From: a virus
Lineage: Duplodnaviria > Caudoviricetes
Length of the DNA stretch: 46,571 nt
IMG/VR virus record: IMGVR_UViG_3300032225_001126
Span: 1 to 46,571 of that record
Reading direction: 5' to 3' (one strand)
Shown one piece after another: positions 25,208-36,900 of this stretch. Numbering within the stretch: position 1 is the first letter of the stretch; every line of letters begins with the position of its first letter. A program made the position numbers and the translations under genes. The notes under the pieces are model-generated. The model was given only the letters and a program-made list of their open reading frames with translations. It searched no databases and was not told the DNA's origin.

Positions 25208-27022
25208 ATGGCTGCAGATAATAATCTAAAAGTAGACGAATTAGATTTTAATGGAATTAAAAGTAATCTCATTAGCTATCTAAGAAATCAAGACATATTT
25301 AGAGACTACAATTTTGATGGCTCAGGAATGAGTGTTTTGCTAGATTTACTAGCATATAATACATATTACAATTCTTTCTATTTAAATATGGTAACATCTG
25401 AAGCATTTCTTTCGACAGCACAAAAAAGAAACTCAGTTGTCAATTTAGCTAAGTCATTAAACTATACTCCAAGATCAACATCAGCAGCTTCAATTTCTGG
25501 AACTATTACAGTAAGCGTTACTGGAAGTCCAACATTTGTTACTATTCCAGCATATACATCATTCTCGGGATCAATTGACGGAAAGACTTATACATTCTTA
25601 AATACGGAATCCGTAATTGTTTATTCTAGTAATGGATATACAGGAACAATTGATCTTGTCGAAGGCAATTTATTAACAACACGATATACAGTAAATTCTT
25701 CAGATACCCAACAAAGATTTTTAATTCCAAACTATAATATAGACACAACAACTTTAGCCGTTAGAGTTTTAAATTCTTCTACAGATAGTACATCAAGAAC
25801 ATTTGTTAGTCCAGATAATTTAGTTGAAATAAATTCAACATCCAAAGTATTCTTTTTAGAAGAAGTTGAAGATGGTCAGTTTGAAGTAAAATTTGGAGAT
25901 GGAACATTTGGAGTTGCATTGAATAGTGGAAACATTGTAGTTTTTGAGTATATTATTACTAATGGTTCTTCTGCAAACGATGTTCAGTATCTTTCATATT
26001 CTTCATCGATACCCGGAGTGACAAAAATTACATTCTCGGCATCATCTTCTGCTACTGGTGGTGGAAATAGAGAATCTATAGATTCAATTAAATTTAATGC
26101 ACCAAAAGCATATGAAGCACAAAATAGAGCAATCACTGCAGATGATTATAAAGCATTACTTTTAAAACAAAGTACAGTTGATTCTGTAATTGTCTGGGGA
26201 GGAGAAGATAATGATCCTCCTTACTACGGAAAAGTATTTATTGCTGTGAAACCAGCAATTGGAACCGTTTTAACCGCAACAGAAAAATTAAATTTGATCA
26301 ATTCAATTATTGGACCAAAGAAAATTCTAACAGTTTCCACAGAAATTGTTGATCCAGAATACATTTATATTATTTTAAATACTATAGTAAAGTATGACTC
26401 AGACTCGACATCTTTAACTGGCGATGATATAAAGTCACTTGTAATTACAACGATTCAAAATTATAATACTACCGATATTAATCAATTTTCAAAATATTTT
26501 AGATATTCAAAATTGTCTAGATTAATTGACACAACCGAAAGATCAATTTTAAGTAACATTACTACAATGAGCATTAGAAAAGAACTTGACGTTCAATTGG
26601 GAATTGGAAATAGATATGAAATTAATTTTTCAAATGAACTCGATGACACAACTAAATTAAGAACTACAACACATCCATATGGCGCTGGTAATAAACTATC
26701 TTCAAATGAATTCTCTTACGGTGGGTATGAGAATTGTTTTTTAGAAGATAATGCTGGATTGATAAGAATTTATAGAATTTCTGGACTTACTAATGTTGGT
26801 GTTCAAAATAATGCTGGATCTATTAACTATACAACTGGAAAAATTATATTAACTAATTTTGCTCCTACAGCTTTTGCTAATGGTGGCACAACTTTAAAGT
26901 TGACTGCAATTCCTGCAAGCAAAGACGTTCTTCCTTTAAGAAATCAAATCATTTCAATTCGTGATGAAGATATCACTGTATCGATGATTGATGACAAAAC
27001 AATAAGTTTAGTTAATAGATAA
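25208..27022 (+). CDS. gp6: Baseplate wedge subunit gp6
   Basis: ELDF..IK.NL..YL, DYNFDGS, LAYNTYYN, R.SVV..AK.L.Y.P.S, FGDG.FG, QNRA.T..DY, WGGE, YGKVFI. Confidence 0.96.
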   Translation: MAADNNLKVDELDFNGIKSNLISYLRNQDIFRDYNFDGSGMSVLLDLLAYNTYYNSFYLNMVTSEAFLSTAQKRNSVVNLAKSLNYTPRSTSAASISGTITVSVTGSPTFVTIPAYTSFSGSIDGKTYTFLNTESVIVYSSNGYTGTIDLVEGNLLTTRYTVNSSDTQQRFLIPNYNIDTTTLAVRVLNSSTDSTSRTFVSPDNLVEINSTSKVFFLEEVEDGQFEVKFGDGTFGVALNSGNIVVFEYIITNGSSANDVQYLSYSSSIPGVTKITFSASSSATGGGNRESIDSIKFNAPKAYEAQNRAITADDYKALLLKQSTVDSVIVWGGEDNDPPYYGKVFIAVKPAIGTVLTATEKLNLINSIIGPKKILTVSTEIVDPEYIYIILNTIVKYDSDSTSLTGDDIKSLVITTIQNYNTTDINQFSKYFRYSKLSRLIDTTERSILSNITTMSIRKELDVQLGIGNRYEINFSNELDDTTKLRTTTHPYGAGNKLSSNEFSYGGYENCFLEDNAGLIRIYRISGLTNVGVQNNAGSINYTTGKIILTNFAPTAFANGGTTLKLTAIPASKDVLPLRNQIISIRDEDITVSMIDDKTISLVNR

Positions 27023-27024
27023 AA

Positions 27025-29538
27025 ATGAACGATGTACTTTTCAAACCTTCATTAAGCGTTAATACGCTTTTAAATGAAAATAGTTCTATTGATATTGAAA
27101 GATTTCAGCTTTTTTTAGAAGCATATTATGAGTGGCTTCAAACTACAACAGTTGTATTAAAAAATACAACAGGAACATTTGTAGTAGGCGAGACAATTAT
27201 TGGTGGCGTAAATGGTGCTACTGGAAAAATAATACAAGTAACATCCACAACACTAATTGTAAAAATTGTAAGTGAAAGAAAAGTATTTGATCCGTACGAA
27301 ACAATTACTGGACAAACATCTGGAGCATCCTCTACAATAAATTCAATTAAAGATAATATAGTAAGAGCATCTGGTAATGTTTTAAACTATAAGAATATAG
27401 AAACATCCATCGATAAGTATGTTTTATATTTGAAAGATGAATTATATCCAAGTCTTCCAGCTACTTATTATGGCGATAAGCGTTTAATTGCAAAACATTT
27501 TAAAGATTTTTTTCAATCAAAAGGAACCGAACAATCTTATAGATTTTTGTTTAGACTTTTATACGATGAAGAGATTGAATTTTATTATCCTGGTCAAGAT
27601 ATTCTTCGCGTTTCTGCTGGTAATTTTGAAAAAACTCAAGTAATAAGAACAAATTCTAAAGCATTTGGAAAAAATTCAGCCAATACTTCTTATGATAGAG
27701 ATGTCTTTTTATTTTTAAATAAAACAATTCTTGGAGCAACAACTGGTTCTCTTGCTAACGTTGTTGATATTAAAAAATTCTTTTTAGGGCCATTTGAAAT
27801 TGCTGAAATGACGCTTAAATTAGTTAGCGGACCATTTAATGCTGGAGAACAAATTTCAACAACGGATGATGCAAATTTATTTACCACTATCTATGGTATT
27901 GTTTCGGGATTTAATATCGTTGATGGTGGTTCTGGTTATCAAGTAGAAAATCCAATAACAATTACTGGAAATGGATATGCTGCGGAAGCTATAGTATCTT
28001 CAATTAAACAATCTCCAATTGATGCGATAAAAGTAAATTCTATTGGACATGGTTATAGACTAGGCACTACAGCATATGTTAATAACACAACAACTGGTGG
28101 TTCTGGATTAATTATTCAAGTAACAGGACTAGCAAATACTTATACAGTTACGATTGGAGCAAACACATATACTCTTGGTGAAATTTCAAAAGTATCTATT
28201 GTTAATCGTGGATCTAATTATTATAAAAAACCACAAATAACTTTACAAGATTCTTTAGTTTCTTCTACTGGTCTTTTAACAGACAAATTGATTAGAATCA
28301 ATAATGCTGGAACAAATTATGGTGTTGGAAATACATTAATTTTCGCAGGTGGATCTGGAACTAGTGCTGCTGGTGTTGTTGCATCAGTAACAGAAAGCAC
28401 AACGTTCGATCTTCTATTTGAAGACGGCTTTCAAATGAAGGCTGATGGAAGTTATTATGATATCATTAAAAACGAAGATTGGGCTGTAAAAGGTCCTATC
28501 AAAAGATTGGAATTAACAAATTTTGGTTCTGGTTACACTTCATCGAGCCTACCATCAATATCAGTTTCGACTACGACTGGATCTAGTGCAAGTTTAACTA
28601 TAACTGGAATTCAGGGTACAAGTGCAAATGTTATAGTAGATTCTGCAAATAATACAACAGGCATCGGATCTATTCGTTCTATTAAAATCAAAAATTTTGG
28701 TGTAAACTATACAAATGCAAGTGCAAATGTTTTAACTGTAGGTGACGGAAATGCAAATTTAACTCCAATTATTTCTGGTCTAGGAATAAAAGATGGCGAT
28801 TGGATAAATGATGACGGTAAAATTGACTATAAGATCATTCAAGATTCATATTACTATCAAGACTATTCTTATGTCATTAAAAGTGGATTAACATTTGCTG
28901 AATATTCATCAACACTAAAGAAAATTATTCATCCGGCTGGATTACAGCCATTTGGTGAGATTCAAATTGTCGGCAATATTAATGTTGAATCTTTTTTCAT
29001 AACTGATACAAGAATCAGCAGATCAATTAGACGAATTCTTTTATTTCTTTCAGTCCAATCAACTATTGTATCACCATATAAATTAATTACTCAACGTATA
29101 GCTGGATTTTCTGGAGAAGATGCATTAGACAATTTTAGTATTTTACCATATGACAATATTGCGACAGATGTAATTTCATCATCAAAATTTAATGATATAA
29201 AAATTATTGATTTAAATGTTAAAGCTGAAATAGGAAAATATAATAGAATTACTGGAACAGCTTCATCAGCAAATATAGCTATTGCAAATTTTCCGATGAG
29301 TTTTTCAGCTAATGCTCCAATTTCTAATTTTTCTGGTGTAGCATTTAATCAATCTCGATCTGGTATAATTGGAGCGGGAACTTCTTTCTTGAGCGACTTT
29401 TCTTATGGAAATCAGTTATTTGCAAATAATGAAATTTTTAGAATTTTTGCAGTAGCAAATAATACTACAATGATTGCTGACAGATTTCCAACAAGTTCAT
29501 TTAGTGGTGTCAATTTGTATAAAATTTCAATAATTTAA
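27025..29538 (+). CDS. gp7: Baseplate wedge initiator gp7-like with Gly/Thr-rich inserts
   Basis: FLEAYYEWL, KDFFQSKGTE.SY.FLFR.LY, IQDSYYYQDYSYVIKS, K.IIHPAG. Lies between gp6 and gp8. Confidence 0.8.
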   Translation: MNDVLFKPSLSVNTLLNENSSIDIERFQLFLEAYYEWLQTTTVVLKNTTGTFVVGETIIGGVNGATGKIIQVTSTTLIVKIVSERKVFDPYETITGQTSGASSTINSIKDNIVRASGNVLNYKNIETSIDKYVLYLKDELYPSLPATYYGDKRLIAKHFKDFFQSKGTEQSYRFLFRLLYDEEIEFYYPGQDILRVSAGNFEKTQVIRTNSKAFGKNSANTSYDRDVFLFLNKTILGATTGSLANVVDIKKFFLGPFEIAEMTLKLVSGPFNAGEQISTTDDANLFTTIYGIVSGFNIVDGGSGYQVENPITITGNGYAAEAIVSSIKQSPIDAIKVNSIGHGYRLGTTAYVNNTTTGGSGLIIQVTGLANTYTVTIGANTYTLGEISKVSIVNRGSNYYKKPQITLQDSLVSSTGLLTDKLIRINNAGTNYGVGNTLIFAGGSGTSAAGVVASVTESTTFDLLFEDGFQMKADGSYYDIIKNEDWAVKGPIKRLELTNFGSGYTSSSLPSISVSTTTGSSASLTITGIQGTSANVIVDSANNTTGIGSIRSIKIKNFGVNYTNASANVLTVGDGNANLTPIISGLGIKDGDWINDDGKIDYKIIQDSYYYQDYSYVIKSGLTFAEYSSTLKKIIHPAGLQPFGEIQIVGNINVESFFITDTRISRSIRRILLFLSVQSTIVSPYKLITQRIAGFSGEDALDNFSILPYDNIATDVISSSKFNDIKIIDLNVKAEIGKYNRITGTASSANIAIANFPMSFSANAPISNFSGVAFNQSRSGIIGAGTSFLSDFSYGNQLFANNEIFRIFAVANNTTMIADRFPTSSFSGVNLYKISII

Positions 29539-29585
29539 TAATCATACAATTTTGCACATAAACATAAAGATTGTAAAACATTTTT

Positions 29586-29593
29586 TATAAATA
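29586..29593 (+). promoter_or_regulatory. T4 late promoter upstream of gp8
   Basis: Exact TATAAATA in the intergenic region. Confidence 0.7.
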
Positions 29594-29624
29594 AATAAAA
29601 TTATCCAAATAGGGAATAACGTAA

Positions 29625-30902
29625 ATGCCGTCACTTGTAACTAGCAAATTTAAAGTTCATAACGCAGAACAATTTGTTGAATCGTTTTCAGAAGCATCTA
29701 ATACAGTTATGTATATGTTTCTTGGAAAAAACACAGCATTTCCAAACGATGCTTCTCCACCAACTCCAGTAAATTCTACAGCAAACGTGGAATATACGCC
29801 ATGGAGAGACATGTTTGGTGCAAAGAGAGTATTGAGTTCTGACGTTACTCATGCAATTCCCAGATATGATTGGACTTCTGGAACAATTTACATTTATTAT
29901 GACGATCAAGATACAAATCTTATTGAATCTGATAATTTTTATGTTATTACTGATGACTATAACGTTTACAAATGTCTTTGGAATGCTGGTGGTACAGCAT
30001 CTACAACAAAACCAACAGGAACAAGCACAACTCCATTTACTGCAGCTGATGGGTATATTTGGAAATTCATGTACACAGTAACAACATCTAGGGCTATCAA
30101 ATTTTTAACTACATCTTATATTCCAGTTCAAACATTAGCTTCAGATGATGGAACAACTCAATGGGGTGTTCAGACTGCAACAATCGATGGTGGTATTCAC
30201 GTTATCAAAGTAACGGCAGGAGGTTCTGGTTATGCTACAGCGCCAGTAGTTACAATTACTGGCGATGGTACTGGTGCAACAGCTAACTCCACAATTACTG
30301 CTAACGTAGTTACATCAGTTACGATTACAAATCCTGGAACTGGATATACAAGAGCAACTGTAGCATTCGCATCTGGAGTAGCAGCAGCTACCGCGATTAT
30401 TTCTCCAAAAGGCGGACATGGATCAAATGCAATAGAAGAATTGGGTGGCAAGTATGTAATGCTTAATTCTCGTTTGGATGGATCAGAATCAAACACAATC
30501 ACAACTTCAAATGAATTTAGACAAGTTGGTCTTGTTAGGGATCCATTTTTATATGGAACTTCCATTCGCGCTACAGCATCTTCATATAGACAAACATTTA
30601 AATATACGCTAACTGGCGCTTCGGGAACATTTAACTCGGATGAAACTATAACTAGCGGATCTAATACAGCATCTCTAGTAGAATACACGGCTCCAAATTT
30701 GTTCACAACATTGCCTGTTAACTTGCCGTTTGCTAATTCAGCAAGTGTTTCTGGTGCTGGTGGCGCAACAGGAACAATTTCTGTAATTTCCACTCCAGGT
30801 CTTCAGCCTTATAGTGGTGATATTCTTTATGTTGAAAATAGAGTGCCTATTTCTAGAGCATCAGATCAAATCGAAGATATTAAATTAATTATTCAGTTCT
30901 AA
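29625..30902 (+). CDS. gp8: Baseplate wedge subunit gp8
   Basis: IPR.DW.SG, FYV.T.DY.VYKCL.N, DGY.WKFMY, GGHG....ELG, FRQVGL..DP, SG.ILY.ENR.PI.R..DQ.EDIK..I.F. Confidence 0.93.
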   Translation: MPSLVTSKFKVHNAEQFVESFSEASNTVMYMFLGKNTAFPNDASPPTPVNSTANVEYTPWRDMFGAKRVLSSDVTHAIPRYDWTSGTIYIYYDDQDTNLIESDNFYVITDDYNVYKCLWNAGGTASTTKPTGTSTTPFTAADGYIWKFMYTVTTSRAIKFLTTSYIPVQTLASDDGTTQWGVQTATIDGGIHVIKVTAGGSGYATAPVVTITGDGTGATANSTITANVVTSVTITNPGTGYTRATVAFASGVAAATAIISPKGGHGSNAIEELGGKYVMLNSRLDGSESNTITTSNEFRQVGLVRDPFLYGTSIRATASSYRQTFKYTLTGASGTFNSDETITSGSNTASLVEYTAPNLFTTLPVNLPFANSASVSGAGGATGTISVISTPGLQPYSGDILYVENRVPISRASDQIEDIKLIIQF

Positions 30903-30918
30903 TTTTTTAAGATAAAAC

Positions 30919-33900
30919 ATGGCTAATACTAATCCCGGCGGCATCGATTTTAACACCAGTCCATATTTTGATGACTATGATGAAGATAAAAAGTTTGCAA
31001 GAATTCTCTATAGACCTGGTCGTGCAGTCCAAGCTAGAGAACTTACTCAAGCACAAACTCTTCAACAAGTTCAAACAAAACGTTTTGCTGAGTATTTTTT
31101 CAAACAAGGCGCATTGGTTGATGGATGTGAACAAAATTTAGATGTAAGATCAAATTTTGTAAAACTCCAAACACTTTACAATGGCTCAGAAGTTAATGCC
31201 AATAACTTTAGTAGAAATATAGTTTATGGCGCAAATAGTGGAATCAAAGCATATTGCGGATTAGTAGCAGATATTGAAGGTAATGATCCAAAAACTATAT
31301 TTGTTAGTTATGCTACGAGTGGAACTCAAGTTCTTACTGTAAACGTCGCTCCATCTACTCTTCAGGTTGGGAATAATATAACATTCTCAACAGGAAATAC
31401 TGGAACAATTGAAGCATGGTACACAGATCCAATCACTGGCATAAATAAAATTTATGTTTCAAATACTTCTGGGACTTTATCCGTAACAACAGCAACTACG
31501 CCACTTAGCACAGGAAGTATTCAAGTTCTTAATGTTACTAATGTGGTCGATTATAGAGCAAATACTAAATTTGCTAATTCGGAAACAATTTTTACATCAA
31601 ACACAATTGGTAGATCATACGCAAGTGCCGCATTAACAAATGCTACAAGAAATGTTGTTGACGAAGGACTTTCGACACAACAAATTTATGAAAGTGGTTC
31701 TAAGATCACAATTTCTGAAGGTGTTGTTTATGTTGCAGATCATTTTGTTAAACATTCAACACAATCAATCATTCTAGACAAATATACGAATACTCCATCT
31801 TATAAAGTTGGTTTAGTTCCGATCAAATCATTTGTCGATTATATTTCGGATGAATCGCTTGTTGATAATGCACAAGGAACTCCAAACTATCAAGCGCCTG
31901 GAGCAGATAGATTAAAAATTGATACGTTATTGGTTAAAGTTGCTTTAGATGAAATTACAGATGAAAATGAATTCATAACACTTGTAGAAATCGAAAATGG
32001 CGTTCCTAGAAAAAGAAAAACAATTAATGAAGATAGTAAAATAGCGGACATTTTAGCGAAGCGCACACAAGAAGAATCTGGAAATTACACTTTAGATGAT
32101 CCTATTGTTACTACTAGAGAACATTTATTGAATGGCGATAATGGTGGTAGATATACTTCTACTGACGGCGGAAATACTAATTTACTTTTAGTTGAAGTTG
32201 ATCCTTTTACATCTTATGTTTCTGGATATAGAAATCAGATCATTGCAAAAACATCAGTACCAATAGAAAAAGGTCTTAGCACATCATATGTGCAACAAAC
32301 TAAGACTCAAATTAATTATGGTCAATATATTGAAGTTAAAGAATTGGTTGGTGCATGGGATATCATGGAATCAAAAACAGTTGATTTATATGATACAGCA
32401 CAACAAGCAATTACAAATTTAGCACATTCTACAGCAACTGTGACTGGAACTAAAATTGGTACAGCAAGAGTTCGTTCTATTGAATATGTAAACGGAACTA
32501 AAGGTACATACGATGCAAGGTATTACTTGTACTTGTACGAAATCGTCATGAATTCTGGAAAGAATTTTTCAGCAGTTCGTTCTGTTTATGATTCTACAAC
32601 TCCAAAACGTTTTGCTGATATTGTTGTCACTACAGCAGGAGCTGTGTTGCAGGAAACATCATTTAATAATATGATTTTTACTTTGCCATATAAAGCAATT
32701 AAAACAATTCGTGATACATCTCAAAATGTTGAAACATCTTTTAGATTTAAAAAGAAATTTACTGTTTCATTCTCTTCTGGTGTTTCTACTGTTGCAACAG
32801 ATGTTGTTACTGAAACTTTCGTCGGTACAGGAACATTAAGTAATACACAGAAAAATGATTATTACATGGTAGTAGTCAATAATGCTGGAGCGAACGTAGA
32901 AACTTCTACATTGTCTGGAACTGTTACAATTAGTGCTGGATCTAATACAGTAACTGGATCTTCAACTTCATTTACTACACAATTAAACGTTGGAGATTTA
33001 ATTAAAGTTAATAGTTTAACAAAACAGATTGCATCTATCACAAATGCAACTTCGTTAATATTAACAACTACACATGCTACTGGATCAACGGCAAATACAT
33101 TTACTAAAATTATTCCTTCTGGATCTGTCCTTTCACTTTCGGCCAATGGTGGAAAAGGAAGTACGAGAACTATAACTGCATCTTCTCCAGGAACTATATC
33201 TATTGATGTACAAGAAAATGCAACATTTACTGCAGATGTTATTGTTTCAATGGATCGTTCTGCGGCTAAAGAGAAAATCAAAACACTAAATTATTCGACT
33301 CAAGCAAATATTAATCCAAATACTCATCCTAATGGTATTACTGGTCCATTTGGTTTAGGTTATGGTGATATTTATCAAGTTCGAGGTATATATCAATCGT
33401 CTTCGTTTGCGTCTGCAGCAACAATAGCTAATACAAATGTCACTTCAAATTATACATTTGACAATGGTCAAAAAGATTATGCATATGAGCACGGATCAAT
33501 TAAACCTATTACTGGTTATTCACCAACCGGTAGATTGTTAGTAGTTTTTGATAATTTTACACACGATACATCACAAGGTGTTGGTTATTGTTCTGTAGAT
33601 TCATATCCAATCAATGATAGTATAACATCTAATACGACAATTGCTACCGCAAATATTCCTACTTTTTTAAGTCCCACAACTAAAAATTTTTATGATCTTC
33701 GTGATTGTGTAGACTTTAGACCAATCAAGACAGCAAACACATCTTTGAATCCAATTGATATTGGAACGTATCAAGTTCCAACATTCGGACTTCGTATTCC
33801 AGAATCTGGTTCTGATTTTGAATCCGATATGATCTATTATAAAGGTAGAATATCAAAAGTATACATCAATAGTAGTGGAGTGTTTGGTATTAATGACGGT

Positions 33901-36900
33901 GTTCCTGCTCAATCTGGAAATCAAAAGGCAGAAAGTCCACCAACTAAATCAGATACTTTAGAAATTGCTGAATTAACTATTCCACCATATCCATCACTAC
34001 CTTCTACTGTTAAAATTAGACTATTGAAAAATAGACGTTTTACAATGCGCGATGTTGCAAAACTAAGTGAAAGAGTAGAAAGATTAGAATACTATACTGC
34101 ATTAAGTTTTCTAGAAAAACAAGCTACAGACAAGACAGAATTAGATAATGATGGATTAGATAGATATAAGAATGGTATTATTGTTGATCCTTTTGTTGGT
34201 TGGACAGTAGCATCAACATCTCCAGATAGTGCATGTGCTATCGATAAAACGAATAAGTATTTAACATGTTTGCAAGACAATTCAAATACTATTAATTTTG
34301 TATATCAATCACCATATTTTTCGAACAACCTGCTCGGGCCGCTGGGTTCAGGTCTTTCATATGTTGCGTGTATTGCAGCAGACGACTATATGAATTATGG
34401 TGGCAAATTAATGTTGCCGTGGTCTGAAGTTGAAGCTGGTGGATTAAAACAAATATATGCTTCGAAATCATTGAAACTTGCAGAAGAATTAAACTTTGTT
34501 TGGACTGGTGATCTTTCTATAATGCCATATACAGATAACTTTTTTGATACTGTAAATGATCCAACAAAAGCTGTAGTATACAACGATGATCAGGGAGCTG
34601 AAAATTGGAAAGGACTAATAAATGCCTGGAATACTGAAGTTGCACCATTAAATAAAAAATGGATCGGAAGTCCAACTCAAACTTATGTTGTTCCTGGTTC
34701 AGCAAAAACAGAAATTCAGAATAAAACAAGTGGATATAGCGTTGCTAGTACAACTAATGCTGATGGAAGTACCACAATTGATGTAGAAAGAACTGTTTCA
34801 AAGGTTCAAGTTAGTTCAGTACAACAACAAACTGCAGAAGTTTGGTATAATCAACTAATTAGCGGAGCAGAATCAAAAGAATCTAAAAATGATGTTAAAT
34901 TTGATAGAGTTGTTAGCGTTGAAACAGCACTTTGGATGCGACAGAGAGAATTTGTTATATATGCTAGAGGTTTAAAAAATAATTCACAGATGTATGCATT
35001 TTTCGATGGAATTAATGTAACAGCAAATTGCTATCAAATAGAAGCAGTTAGTGGCAACGAAGGTTTTTTTAATGCATTAAAATTTGGTTTTGATAATGAT
35101 GGATTCTTAAATGGTGAGGGAGTTATCTGGAAAGCAATTGCTAGTGGAGCAAACACAGCACAACCCTTAACTGTAAAAAATAACGAAATATATTTGTTGT
35201 TTGAAGTTCCATATAAGAAATTTTATACAGGAACAAGAGAATTTAAAATCACTGATAGTCCAACAAACTCGGAAGGTCTAACATCAACTTTTGCAAGAAA
35301 TAATATTTTTGCACAAGGCATTATACAAAAAACTGGCACAGTTTCTATCAATTCTCGTCCATTTAATGTGTCGTTCAATAAAACAGACAATATTAAAGAA
35401 GCGGGAAGAAAGATTCTTTCTACTAAAAAAGTTGAAACATCATCAAAAGTTCTTTCTACAGAAACTGTTTCGTATTCATATACAATTCCTGTGGGAACTG
35501 ATCCATTGTCTCAAAGTTTCTATGTTGATCCTGACACATATCCAAGCGGATTCTATTTAACTTCTATCGACTTATTCTTTAGATCAAAATCAAAAGATGA
35601 TAATAGAAATGTTAGCGTAGAACTTCGTGAAGTTCAAAATGGTTTTCCTGCACCACATTTTATTAGTAATGGCGATAATGCAGTTGTTAATAATAGACTT
35701 ATTCAAATTAGTGACGATGCATCGTTAGCGACAAAATTCTCATTTAAAAATCCAATATATTTAAGTCCTGGAAATGATTATTGTTTTGCAGTTAAACCTG
35801 AAAATAATGATGCAGACTTTGCAATTTGGGTTGCTGAACTTGGTGCAATAGATATTTCTAATCCAAATAAACAAACTAGAATCGAATCTGCATATAATAG
35901 TGGACTATTATTTACATCTTCAAACGATAGAACTTGGACGGCAAAACAAAATATTGATATGAAATTTACAATGAGAATTGCTGAATTTGATACTACTCAA
36001 ACATATTATGTTTATTGGAACAATCTTCAAATTCCTAATGCATTTACATATGATGGATTAACTCCAGTTATTGCTGATCAAATTCTTCCAGGAACAAATA
36101 TTGATTTTGGAATTAAAACATCTGATGACGCCTATGCTGTAGACTCAGATTGGACAACTATTAAAAATTATGAAAGAATAGGATTTAGATCAAGAAAACA
36201 AATTTCTGCAAATACTGCTGAAAATACAAACTCATTTAAATCTTTGCAATTGAGAGCAGGATTATCTACTACTGACAAATATGTTACTCCTTATATTGAT
36301 AATGAAAATATTATCTTTCATCTTGATAAAAACATTATCAATAATGCATATAACACAAGTGTAAGTGGAACTGTTCAATATAGTTCTGGTAATAATGTTG
36401 TTATTGGTACTGGGACAAGTTTTACGACTCAAGTTTATGCTGGCGAATATGCAAAATTTGGAACACAATTCCGTAGAATTTCTTCAATTTCAAATAATAC
36501 ATATTTGACTGTATCTACTAATTTTACTGCATCAAATTCTGCTAGTCAAACCATGACAATTCGTGAAGAAGAAAATCCTTATGGAACATATTCGTCGCAA
36601 GCTAGATACATAACAAAAGTTGTAACATTAAATGATGGATTTGAAGCTAATGATTTGGTAGTTTATTTGGATGTTAATAGACCAGCAGGAACTTCAATTA
36701 AAGTTTATTGTAAAGTATTAAATGAGAATGATTCAGACGCATTTGATGATAAATTTTATATTCCAATGACATTAGATGGATTTGAAACATACTCATTAAA
36801 TTCTGGAACATATAAAGAAGAAAAATATATGATTCCAACATCAGTGAAAACTGGTGGAACAATTTTATTGTCCGGTAACGTTTCAATTTCAACTTCAAGC

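Noticed and set aside
34329-34352. GC-rich patch CCTGCTCGGGCCGCTGGGTTCAGG in the DUF4815 gene with a weak hairpin
   Set aside because: Short, dependent on G-U pairs and in frame within a variable loop. It cannot be distinguished from chance.
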